DNA of 64,000 nt from Longimicrobiales bacterium. GTDB taxonomy: Bacteria > Gemmatimonadota > Gemmatimonadetes > Longimicrobiales > Gaopeijiaceae. The translations under genes and the position numbers were made by a program. The stretch covers positions 1,024,001 to 1,088,000 of the forward strand of contig OZ241892.1 in NCBI GenBank assembly GCA_965203485.1, read 5' to 3'. Below the pieces are notes generated by a model. It saw only the letters and a list, made by a program, of their open reading frames with translations. It did not search any database and was not told where the DNA came from. Positions 28,864 through 38,280 of this stretch are shown here, piece after piece (the stretch's first letter is position 1; the number at the start of each line of letters is the position of its first letter).

Positions 28864-29882
28864 CGGCCGGCGCGGCGCGAGGATCGAGGCGCCGTCGCAA
28901 CGGATCGGCGTTGCGCGCTACGGCGGCCGTCGTCGCGGCGGTCGCGTGCTTCGGCGGGGCGCCGCCGAAGCACGCGACCGCCCAGGGGATGGTCGAACTG
29001 GCGCAAGCGTGCGCCGCGGAGACGCCCGCCGGCGAGGAGGCGTGCCGGGAACTCGCGCTGGCGGCCGCGGCCCTGCAACGCGGCGTCGGGCTGGCGTCGG
29101 CGCTGGGCAGCGACGTGCCCGGTTCGTCCAGCACGATGGGTCGCCGCATCGGGCGAATGCCCAGGATGGGTCTCTCGGTCGCCGCCCTGGGCGTTCGCGT
29201 TGCCGCGCCGCGGCTCACGGGGGGATCCCGCGAATCCCTGCAGGAGGAAGCCACGGGATGGATTACGGGCATGAGGCTCTCCGCCGCCGTCGGCGTGCTC
29301 GAAGGCTTTCAGCTCGGCACGGCGGTCGGCGGCGTGCTCTCGCTGGACGTGCTCGGCGGCTACTCGCTGCTGCGGTTGCCGGCGTCGGCCGGCCTCGACG
29401 GCTGGTCGTCCGGGGGCGGGGCGGGCCTGCGCGTGGGCCTGACGCGCGAGTCGTTCACGCTGCCCGGCGTATCGGTGTCGGCGATGCGGCGCTGGCGGGG
29501 CGACTTCGGGCCGGGGGCGGCGGCCGCGGGCCCGGCGTCGGTCGAGACCGGCGGCTCGACGGTCACGTCGGTGCGCGCCACGGCGGGCAAGAACTGGTTC
29601 GTCGTGGGCCTCCTCGGAGGCGTCGGCTGGGACCGCTACAGCGGACGCGCCCGGCTGTCCGTGCCTGGAGACGCCGAGATGCGCTCGGCCGCCGAGGGCC
29701 GGCTGCGCTCCAGCCGCCGCCTCTACTTCGCCGGAGCGTGGCTCAGCTACCTCGTCACCCGTCTCGCCGTGGAGGCGGGCGTCGCCGAGGGCCTGGCCGA
29801 TCCGTTCACCGGACGCGGCGGAGCGTTCGACCCCGGCGCGCGCACGTGGTTCGCGTCCGCCGCGCTTCGGGTCACGCTTTGA
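28860..29882 (+). CDS. Hypothetical secreted/outer-membrane beta-rich protein
   Basis: Coupled to purM by ATGA, signal-like N-terminus, alternating beta strands at the C-terminus. Confidence 0.6.
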   Translation: MTAGAARGSRRRRNGSALRATAAVVAAVACFGGAPPKHATAQGMVELAQACAAETPAGEEACRELALAAAALQRGVGLASALGSDVPGSSSTMGRRIGRMPRMGLSVAALGVRVAAPRLTGGSRESLQEEATGWITGMRLSAAVGVLEGFQLGTAVGGVLSLDVLGGYSLLRLPASAGLDGWSSGGGAGLRVGLTRESFTLPGVSVSAMRRWRGDFGPGAAAAGPASVETGGSTVTSVRATAGKNWFVVGLLGGVGWDRYSGRARLSVPGDAEMRSAAEGRLRSSRRLYFAGAWLSYLVTRLAVEAGVAEGLADPFTGRGGAFDPGARTWFASAALRVTL

Positions 29883-31243
29883 CGCCCGTTCTCGGCACGG
29901 CTTGCGGCGCTGCGCCCGCGCGTCCGCTCCGGAGCCCAGGTTGCGTCCCCGGCACGCCGCTCGCGGGCTCGCCGCGCCGCGCCGCCGCCCGGAACCGGCC
30001 AGCCCGCTCCGCGCATCGCGAGACGCTTGTCGCCGGGGCGTCCCTGGGCGGCGCGGACCGCCGCCACCTTCTCCGCGCCGTCGAACTCGGCCGCGCCGGC
30101 TGGGGCCGGGTCCACCCGAACCCCATGGTGGGCGCCGTCGTCGTCCGCGCCGGAACGATCTTGGCGGAGGCGTGGCACGACGAGTTCGGGGCGGCCCACG
30201 CCGAGGTCCTGGCGCTCGCGGCCGCCAGCGATGCGCGAGGCTCCACCGTCTACGCCAGCCTGGAGCCGTGCGCCCATGCGGGCAAGACTCCGCCGTGCAC
30301 GGACGCGCTGCTGGCGGCGGGCGTCGCGCGCGTCGTCTACTGGGCCCCGGAACCGGGCCGCCGCGCAGGCGGCGGCGCGGCGCGGCTCCGGGCCTCGGGC
30401 GTGCGGGCGGACGGACCCTTCGGCGCTCCCCCGGACTGGGCCGCCGAGAACCCGTTCTTCTTCCACCGGCGGGCGCGGCCGTACGTGGCGCTCAAGCTGG
30501 CGATCAGCGCGGACGCGCGCATCGCGCCGCCCGGCGGCAGGCGCGCCTGGATCACGGGCCCGGCGGCGCGACGCGAAGGACACCGCATCCGCGCGGGCTT
30601 CGACGCCATCCTTGTCGGAGCGGGCACGTGGAGGGCCGACGATCCCCGCCTGACGGTTCGCGGCCCGGTTGCGCCCCGAATCCCGCCGGCCAGGATCCTG
30701 CTGGACCACGACGGCGAAGTTCCGCTGGCCGCCCGCGCCCTCGAGCGCTCCGGCGGGCCCGCGCTCGTGGCCGTCGCCCCCGAACATGCCACCGCGGCGC
30801 GCGCCCGCCTGGGCCGCCGCGCCGAGATCGTCCCCGTTCCGCCCTCGCCGCCCGCCGGGTCCCGCCTCGCCGTTCCGCGCTCCCCTGCCGGAACGAACCG
30901 CCGCCGTCTGGACGTCGCCGCCCTCTTCGCCAGCCTGCGCGACCGCGGCGTTTCCCGCGTCCTCTGCGAGGGCGGCGGACGCCTGGCCGCGTCCCTGCTC
31001 GCCGCCGACCACGTGGACCGCGCCTACGTCTTCCTTGCGCCCAGGGTCGTGGGCGCCGCCGGCGTCCCTGCCTTCCCCGAACAACCGTCTCCGGACCCGG
31101 CGGACGGCCTGCGCGCATACGTCGAGTCCATGGCGGCCCGCCCGGACGCGGACCCTGGTCCACCGCCGGCGGGATGGCGGGTCTCCAAGGAGCCGGTGCG
31201 CCTCGGACCCGACGCGCTCGTGGTGCTCGACAAGAGCGCTTGA
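29879..31243 (+). CDS. ribD: Riboflavin deaminase/reductase (start uncertain)
   Basis: PNPMVGAV, HAE, LEPCAHAGKTPPC, EGGG. Confidence 0.92.
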   Translation: MTPVLGTACGAAPARPLRSPGCVPGTPLAGSPRRAAARNRPARSAHRETLVAGASLGGADRRHLLRAVELGRAGWGRVHPNPMVGAVVVRAGTILAEAWHDEFGAAHAEVLALAAASDARGSTVYASLEPCAHAGKTPPCTDALLAAGVARVVYWAPEPGRRAGGGAARLRASGVRADGPFGAPPDWAAENPFFFHRRARPYVALKLAISADARIAPPGGRRAWITGPAARREGHRIRAGFDAILVGAGTWRADDPRLTVRGPVAPRIPPARILLDHDGEVPLAARALERSGGPALVAVAPEHATAARARLGRRAEIVPVPPSPPAGSRLAVPRSPAGTNRRRLDVAALFASLRDRGVSRVLCEGGGRLAASLLAADHVDRAYVFLAPRVVGAAGVPAFPEQPSPDPADGLRAYVESMAARPDADPGPPPAGWRVSKEPVRLGPDALVVLDKSA

Positions 31244-31249
31244 TTCCGC

Positions 31250-31873
31250 TTGTTCACCGGCATCGTCGAGGAAGCGGGCCGCGTCGAGGCCGTGCGGACG
31301 GGGGTCGGCGGCGGGCGGCTGCAAGTGGCCGCGTCCTTCGCCGCCCGCCTCGCGCCGGGCCAGTCGGTCGCGGTGGACGGCGCTTGCCTGACCGTGCGCG
31401 CCCGCGACGACGAGACGTTTTCGGCCGACTTGTCGGCCGCGACCTTGGAGCGCACGATCGCCGCGCGCTACGTCCGCGGCGCCCTGGTCAACCTGGAGCG
31501 CGCGGCGACGATCGGCGACCGGCTCGACGGACACCTCGTGCAGGGGCACGTGGACGCGCAAGCCCGCTTGGAGACCGCCAGACAGCAAGGAAACACCCGT
31601 TTCCTGGAATTTCGGTTGCCGCCGGACGCGCTTGCCGATATGGTTCCCCGCGGCTCCGTCGCGCTGAACGGCGTGAGTCTGACGGTGAACCGGCTTGGGG
31701 AATCCGACCTGTGCGAGGTCGCCGTGGTGCCTCGCACGTGGGAGCACACCAACCTCTCGGCCCTGCGACCCGGCGACGCCGTCAACTTGGAGACCGACTT
31801 GATCGGCAAGTACGTGCGCCGGGCGATCGAGGCTCGTTGCCCATCCAGCGAACCCGGCGGCCATGGCGTTTGA
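31250..31873 (+). CDS. ribE: Riboflavin synthase
   Basis: MFTGIVEE, DGACLT, GHLVQGHVD, NLETD. Confidence 0.93.
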   Translation: MFTGIVEEAGRVEAVRTGVGGGRLQVAASFAARLAPGQSVAVDGACLTVRARDDETFSADLSAATLERTIAARYVRGALVNLERAATIGDRLDGHLVQGHVDAQARLETARQQGNTRFLEFRLPPDALADMVPRGSVALNGVSLTVNRLGESDLCEVAVVPRTWEHTNLSALRPGDAVNLETDLIGKYVRRAIEARCPSSEPGGHGV

Positions 31874-33143
31874 CTCGATCCCCGCGGCGCTGGCCGACGT
31901 CGCCGCTGGCAAGCTCGTGATCGTCGCGGACGACGAAGACCGGGAGAACGAGGGCGACTTGGTCTGCGCGGCGGAGAAGATCACGCCCGAACTCGTGAAC
32001 TTCATGACCAAGCGCGGACGGGGGCTCGTGTGCGCCGCGCTCACCGCCGAGCGAGCGGACGCCTTGGACCTGCCGCTGATGACCGAGCGCGGCACCGATC
32101 CGCGGGGCACGGCCTTCACGATATCCGTGGACGCCCACCGGCGGTTCGGAGTCACGACCGGCATATCGGCGCACGACCGGGCCAAGACGATCGAGGTCTT
32201 GGCGGATCCGGGTTCGCGGCCCGCCGACTTGCAGCGTCCCGGCCACGTCTTTCCGCTTCGGGCCAAGCGCGGCGGCGTCCTGCGCCGCGTCGGACAGACC
32301 GAAGCCGCCGTGGACCTGGCGCGGGCCGCGGGGTGCGCTCCCGCCGGCGTCATCTGCGAGATCCTGAACGAGGACGGCACGATGGCCCGGCGAGACGAGC
32401 TGAGGTCGATGGCCGCGGAGCACGGACTCAAGCTGGTGACGGTGGAGCAGCTCGTGGCGCACCGCTTGGCCCGCGAGCGCCTCGTGAAGCGCGTCGTCGA
32501 GGCGCCGCTGCGGACCCCGTGGGGAACCTTTCGCGCGCTCGCGTACCGCACCGACGTCGACGAGCGGGTCCACGTGGCTCTCGTCCTCGGCGCCGTGGAC
32601 GGAAGGGACGGCGTCCTGGTGCGAATGCACGCGGAGAACCCATTGGGCGAGACGTTCGCCTCGCAGGACGAACCGGGCGGCAACCTGCTCGCGGGCGCGA
32701 TGAAGCGGATCGCGGCCGAAGGTCGCGGGGTCGTCGTCTACATCCGCCGCCCCCGGTCCGGCGACTGGCTGGTGAACCGCCTCCGGGACTTGGCCGCGAG
32801 CGTCCCTCCTCCCGGCCGCCGCTCCGCCGCCCTCCAGCCGGTCCCGCCGCCCGCGCCCCCCGTCCATCCCGGCTCCGGCGGCGAGTCCGCGCTGCGCGAC
32901 TACGGGATCGGCGCCCAGATACTCCTGGACCTCGGCCTGGCTTCGATCCGGCTGCTCACCAACAGCCGCCGGCACATCGTGGGCCTGGACGGCTACGCGC
33001 TGGAAGTGCGGGGACGCGTGTCCTTCCAGGGAGCTCCCGCGGCGAGTCGCGCGCCTTCGGGCCTTGCGGACGAGGCTCCGCCGTCCCGCCGCCGGCCGCC
33101 GGCCGCGCCAGCCCAACGGAGCCGCCGTCCATGCCCGGCGTGA
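31863..33143 (+). CDS. ribB: DHBP synthase fused to a degenerate GTP cyclohydrolase II domain (RibBX type)
   Basis: DDEDRENEGD, RPGHVFPL. The RibA half lacks the zinc-binding cysteines. Confidence 0.9.
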   Translation: MAFDSIPAALADVAAGKLVIVADDEDRENEGDLVCAAEKITPELVNFMTKRGRGLVCAALTAERADALDLPLMTERGTDPRGTAFTISVDAHRRFGVTTGISAHDRAKTIEVLADPGSRPADLQRPGHVFPLRAKRGGVLRRVGQTEAAVDLARAAGCAPAGVICEILNEDGTMARRDELRSMAAEHGLKLVTVEQLVAHRLARERLVKRVVEAPLRTPWGTFRALAYRTDVDERVHVALVLGAVDGRDGVLVRMHAENPLGETFASQDEPGGNLLAGAMKRIAAEGRGVVVYIRRPRSGDWLVNRLRDLAASVPPPGRRSAALQPVPPPAPPVHPGSGGESALRDYGIGAQILLDLGLASIRLLTNSRRHIVGLDGYALEVRGRVSFQGAPAASRAPSGLADEAPPSRRRPPAAPAQRSRRPCPA

Positions 33144-33583
33144 ATCCCGTCCGCGAGCCCCGCGTCGCCCTGCTCGCGGCGCGCTTCAACAGCTTGGTGA
33201 CCGAGCAGCTCGTGCTCGGCGCGCGAGCCCGTCTTCTCGCCGAGGGCGTCGCCGAGGACCGCATCTCGGTCGTGCGCGTGCCGGGCGCCTGGGAGCTCCC
33301 GCAGGCCGCGCGGCGCTTGGTTCGGGCGGGGAAGCACGACGCCGTCGTGGCCCTCGGTTGCGTGATTCGGGGCGCCACGGCCCACTTCGACTACGTGGCG
33401 GGCCATGCCAGCGACGGACTCGGGCGGGTGGCGCTGGACGCCGACGTTCCCGTCGTGTTCGGCGTGCTCACCACCGAGAACGCCCAGCAGGCGCGCGAGC
33501 GGGCCGACCCCCACGGCGCCGACAAGGGCGGCGAGGCGGCGAAAGCCGCGCTCGACATGCTGGCCGTCTTCGGAGGCCGCTGA
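33131..33583 (+). CDS. ribH: Lumazine synthase
   Basis: ARFN, VPGAWELP, GCVIRGATAHFDYV. Confidence 0.93.
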   Translation: MPGVNPVREPRVALLAARFNSLVTEQLVLGARARLLAEGVAEDRISVVRVPGAWELPQAARRLVRAGKHDAVVALGCVIRGATAHFDYVAGHASDGLGRVALDADVPVVFGVLTTENAQQARERADPHGADKGGEAAKAALDMLAVFGGR

Positions 33584-33586
33584 CCG

Positions 33587-34030
33587 GTGGCCGGCCGCCT
33601 CCCGGAGCGCGAGCGGCGCGACCGGGTCCAGTCCCGGGCCTGGTTCCTGCAAGTCCACTATCGCTGGGAGACGGACGGCGGACAGGGAGACATGGATGCC
33701 GCCCTCGAAGAGACGCTGGCGCGCCGCCGGGTGTCGCCCGCCCGCACGGCCTACCTGCGACGCTTGGTCCGCGAATTCGGGGCCAACCGGGCCCGCGTCG
33801 ACCGGGCGATCGACGAGACCACCGACAACTGGCGCATCGACCGCCTCGCCGTCATGGACCGCGGCGTCCTTCGCCTGGGTGCGACCGAGCTGCTCTGCAT
33901 GAGCGACGTTCCGGGGAAAGTGGCGGTCTTGGAGTCGGTGCGCCTGGCCGAGCGCTACGGCGGCGCCGAGTCCCCGCGCTTCGTCAACGGCGTGCTGGAC
34001 GCCGTGTACCGTTCGGCGCGAGGCCGGTGA
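33587..34030 (+). CDS. nusB: Transcription antitermination factor NusB
   Basis: NWRIDRLAVMDR, FVNGVLD. Follows ribH. Confidence 0.9.
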   Translation: MAGRLPERERRDRVQSRAWFLQVHYRWETDGGQGDMDAALEETLARRRVSPARTAYLRRLVREFGANRARVDRAIDETTDNWRIDRLAVMDRGVLRLGATELLCMSDVPGKVAVLESVRLAERYGGAESPRFVNGVLDAVYRSARGR

Positions 34031-35271
34031 GCCCGCCACCGCCAAGCGGCCGAGCCCCCGGCCCGGCGGCCGTCGCGCCGCCACCGGCATCCGCCCGCCG
34101 CTTGCGCATCCTCGTGGTCAACTGGCAGGACCGCATGAACCCGAGGGCAGGCGGCGCCGAGGAGCATCTCCACCAGGTCTTCGGACGACTGGCGGCCGCC
34201 GGGCACGAAGTCGTCGTGCTGTGCTCGAACTGGCCGGGCGGGGAGCCGGCGGCCGAAGTGGACGGCATGCGGGTGCACCGGGTCGGCGGGCGCTACACGT
34301 TCAACTTCGCGGCTCCCGCGTACGCCCGCAGGCGCCTGCGCCGCGCCTTCGACGTCGTCGTCGAGGATCTCAACAAGGTGCCGATGTTCGCTCCCCAGTG
34401 GGCGCGGGCGTCGCGCAGCGTCCTGCTCGTCCACCACCTCTTCGGCCCCACTGCGTTTCGCGAGGTCAATCCGTTCCTCGCCGCCGCGACTTGGCTGTTC
34501 GAGCGCGCGATTCCATGGGCGTACCGCAGGTTGCCGTGCATCGCCGTCTCGGAGAGCACGAAGCAGGACTTGGTCCGCCGCGGGCTGGCCGCGTCGCGCA
34601 TCGAGGTGGTGCCGAACGGAGTGACCCTGGCCGAGCTCTGGCCTGCCCGGGAGCGCTACCCGGAGCCGACCGCCGTGTTCCTGGGCCGCCTTCAGCGCTA
34701 CAAGGGCGTGGACTTGGTTCTCCGCGCCGTGGCGGCGCTTCGGGCGCGCGGGTCGGGGCTTCGCTTGATCGTGGCCGGCCGTGGCCGCGACAGGAAGCGC
34801 CTGGAATCGGTCGCCCGCCAGCTGGGCATCGCGGACAGCGTGCGCTTCGCCGGCTTCGTGGGCGCCCCGGAGAAGCGCGAACTGCTCTCGCGCTCGTGGG
34901 TCCACGTCCTCACGTCTCCGAAGGAGGGCTGGGGCATCTCGTCGATCGAAGCGTCGGCTTGCGGCACGGCCACGGTCGCGTCCAACTCGCCGGGGTTGCG
35001 CGACACGGTGCGGCACGGCGAGACCGGCATCCTCGTGCCCCACGGCGAAATCGACGCGCTGGCCGGCGCGATCGCCGAGACGCTGGACCCGGAGCGCAGG
35101 GACGCCATGGGCCGGGCCGCCAGACGGATGGCCGAGCAGTACACTTGGGACGGCGCCGCGGCCGCCTTCGAGAGGATGTTCATGCCGCCGCCGGACGCCG
35201 ACGCGGCGCCGACCGTCCCGCCCGGGGAAGACGCGGCCGCCGCCGGACGCTCCGCCTCGCGCCGGCCGTAG
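34027..35271 (+). CDS. GT4-family glycosyltransferase
   Basis: NWQDRMNPRAGGAE, GRLQRYKG, KEGWGISSIEA. Confidence 0.9.
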   Translation: MSPPPPSGRAPGPAAVAPPPASARRLRILVVNWQDRMNPRAGGAEEHLHQVFGRLAAAGHEVVVLCSNWPGGEPAAEVDGMRVHRVGGRYTFNFAAPAYARRRLRRAFDVVVEDLNKVPMFAPQWARASRSVLLVHHLFGPTAFREVNPFLAAATWLFERAIPWAYRRLPCIAVSESTKQDLVRRGLAASRIEVVPNGVTLAELWPARERYPEPTAVFLGRLQRYKGVDLVLRAVAALRARGSGLRLIVAGRGRDRKRLESVARQLGIADSVRFAGFVGAPEKRELLSRSWVHVLTSPKEGWGISSIEASACGTATVASNSPGLRDTVRHGETGILVPHGEIDALAGAIAETLDPERRDAMGRAARRMAEQYTWDGAAAAFERMFMPPPDADAAPTVPPGEDAAAAGRSASRRP

Positions 35272-35314
35272 CGCCGGCCTCCGCATCCCCCAGCCACGGG
35301 AGACGACCTCGCAG

Positions 35315-35632
35315 ATGCACGCACAGACGACGGGCCAGGGGTGCGAAGTGCCCGCCGCGGACCGCAACCGCGCCGACGCGATCGCCGCCAAGTGGCCGCG
35401 CTTCGATCCGGCCGTGGCCAGCGCGCGCTTTATCTTTCGCATGGAAGGCCGCACTCGCGCAGTCGAAGCGATCGTCCAGCGCCGCCGCCTCGAGCCCGTC
35501 GTCGCCCACGCCCAGGCGCCGGACTTTCGCAGCGCCTTGGACGAACTCGACGAGCGCATGAAGCGCATCCTCAAGAAAGATCGCGAGCGCCGCAAGGCGC
35601 ACCACCGCCTCGACCCAGGCCCCGGCCGCTGA
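35315..35632 (+). CDS. Ribosome hibernation factor HPF/RaiA-like protein
   Basis: ~105 aa, DFRSALDELDERMKRILKKDRER helix pattern. Confidence 0.7.
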   Translation: MHAQTTGQGCEVPAADRNRADAIAAKWPRFDPAVASARFIFRMEGRTRAVEAIVQRRRLEPVVAHAQAPDFRSALDELDERMKRILKKDRERRKAHHRLDPGPGR

Positions 35633-35643
35633 AGGGGGACCCC

Positions 35644-37245
35644 ATGACGACGCGCTCCCCCGCGACGAAGCAGGAGATTCTCGGCCCGCTCGGCATCGAA
35701 GACGTGAACCCGGGCGGCTTCGCCGGCGACTGGATGGGCTCCGGCGCCGAGGCGCCCGTGCATTCGCCGGTCGACGGCTCCCGCATCGCGACCGTCGTGC
35801 AAGTCGCCGAGGACGAGTACGACGCGATCGCCGGCCGCGCGCACCGGGCGTTTCTCGAGTGGCGGCGCGCGCCCGCGCCCCGGCGCGGGGAGGTCGTGCG
35901 GCGGCTGGGCGAGCGGTTGCGCGCCAACAAGGAGGCGCTGGGCGCCCTGGTGACGCTGGAGATGGGCAAGATCAGGACCGAAGGCGAAGGCGAAGTGCAG
36001 GAGATGATCGACGTCTGCGACTTCGCGACGGGGCTTTCCCGCCAGCTCTACGGGCTGACGATGGCCAGCGAGCGGCCCGACCACCACATGCGCGAGCAGT
36101 GGCATCCGCTGGGCGTGGTCGGCGTGGTGAGCGCCTTCAATTTCCCCGTCGCCGTGTGGTCGTGGAACGCCGCCGTGGCGGCCGTGTGCGGCGACGCGAT
36201 CCTGTGGAAGCCCGCGTCGGGCACGCCGCTGACCGCGATCGCCGTGACGAAGATGACCGAGGCGGTCTGCCGCGAGTCCGGAGTCGACCCCGCGGTCTTC
36301 AGCTTGGTGGCGGGCAAGGGCTCGGTGGTCGGCGACAGGATGCTGCGCGACCGCCGCGTTCCCCTCGTGTCGGCCACGGGATCGTGCGCGGTGGGCCGCC
36401 GCGTGGCGCAGGTCGTCGGCGAACGCCTGGGCCGGACGATCCTCGAGCTCGGAGGCAACAACGCGATCGTCGTGACGCCGCACGCCAACCTCGACCTGGC
36501 CGTCCGTTCCATCGTCTTCGGCGCGGTGGGCACGGCGGGCCAGCGTTGCACCAGCACGCGCCGGGTCATCGTCCACCGTTCTCTCGCAGGCGAACTCGCC
36601 GACCGCTTGGTTCGCGCTTACCGCAACGTTCGCATCGGCAACCCGTTGGACGACGGCGTGCTCATGGGCCCGGTCGTGAACCAGCAGGCCGTGGACGACT
36701 TGCTGGCCGCGCGGCGACGCGTGGTCGAGGAAGGCGGCGAGGTTCTCTACGGCGGCGAGCGGCTCGACGGTCCGGCCTTCCCCGGCGGCCTGTACGTGAC
36801 GCCGTGCATCGCGGCGGCCGAGAACCACTACCGCATCGTGCAGGAAGAGACCTTCGCGCCCATCCTCTACCTGATCCCCTACGGCGACCCCGCCACCTCG
36901 CGGCCGGACTCGGTCGGGGAGCTGGACGAAGCCGTCGATCTCCACAACGCCGTCCCCCAAGGGCTCTCGTCGGCGATCTTCACGGACCACTTGCGCGAAG
37001 CCGAGCGCTTCCTGTCCCACCGGGGCAGCGACTGCGGCATCGCCAACGTCAACATCGGCACTTCCGGCGCCGAGATCGGGGGCGCGTTCGGCGGCGAGAA
37101 GGAGACCGGCGGCGGCCGCGAATCCGGCTCCGACTCCTGGAAGGCGTACATGCGCCGCCAAACCAACACCGTCAACTGGAGCACCGACCTCCCGCTGGCC
37201 CAGGGCGTCGAGTTCGCGGACCCCGAACACGGGCGGACCGGTTAG
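35644..37245 (+). CDS. Aldehyde dehydrogenase (ALDH7/antiquitin-like)
   Basis: SAFNFPVAVW, LELGGNNA, GTAGQRCT, GGEKETGGGRESGSDSW. Confidence 0.92.
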   Translation: MTTRSPATKQEILGPLGIEDVNPGGFAGDWMGSGAEAPVHSPVDGSRIATVVQVAEDEYDAIAGRAHRAFLEWRRAPAPRRGEVVRRLGERLRANKEALGALVTLEMGKIRTEGEGEVQEMIDVCDFATGLSRQLYGLTMASERPDHHMREQWHPLGVVGVVSAFNFPVAVWSWNAAVAAVCGDAILWKPASGTPLTAIAVTKMTEAVCRESGVDPAVFSLVAGKGSVVGDRMLRDRRVPLVSATGSCAVGRRVAQVVGERLGRTILELGGNNAIVVTPHANLDLAVRSIVFGAVGTAGQRCTSTRRVIVHRSLAGELADRLVRAYRNVRIGNPLDDGVLMGPVVNQQAVDDLLAARRRVVEEGGEVLYGGERLDGPAFPGGLYVTPCIAAAENHYRIVQEETFAPILYLIPYGDPATSRPDSVGELDEAVDLHNAVPQGLSSAIFTDHLREAERFLSHRGSDCGIANVNIGTSGAEIGGAFGGEKETGGGRESGSDSWKAYMRRQTNTVNWSTDLPLAQGVEFADPEHGRTG

Positions 37246-37287
37246 CGAGCGTGCCGACGGGTGGCGGCGACGGGGAAAACCGGGGGA

Positions 37288-37316
37288 TTGACCTATGCCG
37301 CGCGGCGAACCAACTT
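37288..37316 (+). promoter_or_regulatory. Putative rplU promoter TTGACC-N17-CAACTT
   Basis: 17-bp spacing, upstream of rplU. Confidence 0.55.
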
Positions 37317-37431
37317 TGTCGGGGAATCGACTCATGCCGCAGCTCGAGCCGGGCCCGTGGTTGCGCGCCGGTGCGGCGTCGCACCGTGGCGGTGGACGAT
37401 CAGACTCGCCGAGAGGATGGGATCTTCGACG

Positions 37432-37743
37432 ATGTTCGCAGTCTTCAGGACGGGCGGGAAGCAGTTTCGGGCGGAGCGGGGGACGACGCTCCGCGTGCCG
37501 TCGTTGGACGCGACGCCCGGTTCGACGGTGACGTTCGAGGACGTGCTGTTGGCGTCGGGAGACGGCCGGGTGTCCGTGGGCGCTCCGCTGGTGGAAGGGG
37601 CCGCCGTGAGGGCCGAGGTGCTGGCGCACGACCGGACGAAGAAGACCGTCGTCTTCAAGCGCAAGCGGCGCAAGGGTTGCCGGCGCAAGCGCGGGCACAG
37701 GCAAGGCTTCACCTTGGTTCGCGTTTCCGACATCGCGGTCTGA
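37432..37743 (+). CDS. rplU: 50S ribosomal protein L21
   Basis: [13 protein letters not shown]...KRGHRQ. Confidence 0.95.
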   Translation: MFAVFRTGGKQFRAERGTTLRVPSLDATPGSTVTFEDVLLASGDGRVSVGAPLVEGAAVRAEVLAHDRTKKTVVFKRKRRKGCRRKRGHRQGFTLVRVSDIAV

Positions 37744-37753
37744 AGGAGGCGAG

Positions 37754-38047
37754 ATGGCGCACAAGAAGGGCGTCGGGTCGTCCAGGAACGGCCGGGACAG
37801 CAACCCGAAGCGGCTGGGCGTCAAGCGCTATGGCGGCCAGCGCGTGGTTGCCGGCAACATCCTGGTCCGCCAGCGCGGCACGAAGTTCCACCCTGGAGCC
37901 GGCGTAGGGAAAGGCAAGGACGACACGCTTTTTGCCACGATCGACGGCCTCGTCAAGTTCGAGAACCTGCGTCGCCGCCGCGTGGTATCCGTGTACGCGG
38001 AGACCCGCCCTGCAGGCGAGGCGCTGGGTCTCCCAGCCGACGTATGA
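37754..38047 (+). CDS. rpmA: 50S ribosomal protein L27
   Basis: [24 protein letters not shown]. Confidence 0.97.
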   Translation: MAHKKGVGSSRNGRDSNPKRLGVKRYGGQRVVAGNILVRQRGTKFHPGAGVGKGKDDTLFATIDGLVKFENLRRRRVVSVYAETRPAGEALGLPADV

Positions 38048-38049
38048 TT

Positions 38050-38071
38050 CCCCCCCCCCCCCCCTTTTTTT
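38050..38071 (+). repeat. C15-T7 homopolymer tract
   Basis: Direct count, between the rpmA stop and the giant gene. Confidence 0.9.
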
Positions 38072-38280
38072 CGTTTGACCACCGGCTCCCACCCGATGGG
38101 AGGCAGGAAGGGCCGCGCGGCCAAACGCTCGCCCTTCCGGGCGCCCACGGCGTCAGCTTCCCGCCAAGTCGCTTCACGTCTGCGTAGCGCGCGCAGGATT
38201 CCGTGGCGGCGGGCGCTCGCCGTCGTGGGACGAGCCATGCCCGAACCGCCTCGGCGTTCGAGACATTTCTGGCCCACGCG

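Noticed and set aside
37243..37261. 18/19-nt match to 1425-1443 (TAGCGAGCGTGYCGACGGG), both starting at a stop codon
   Set aside because: Short GC-rich match with no further homology, plausible by chance.
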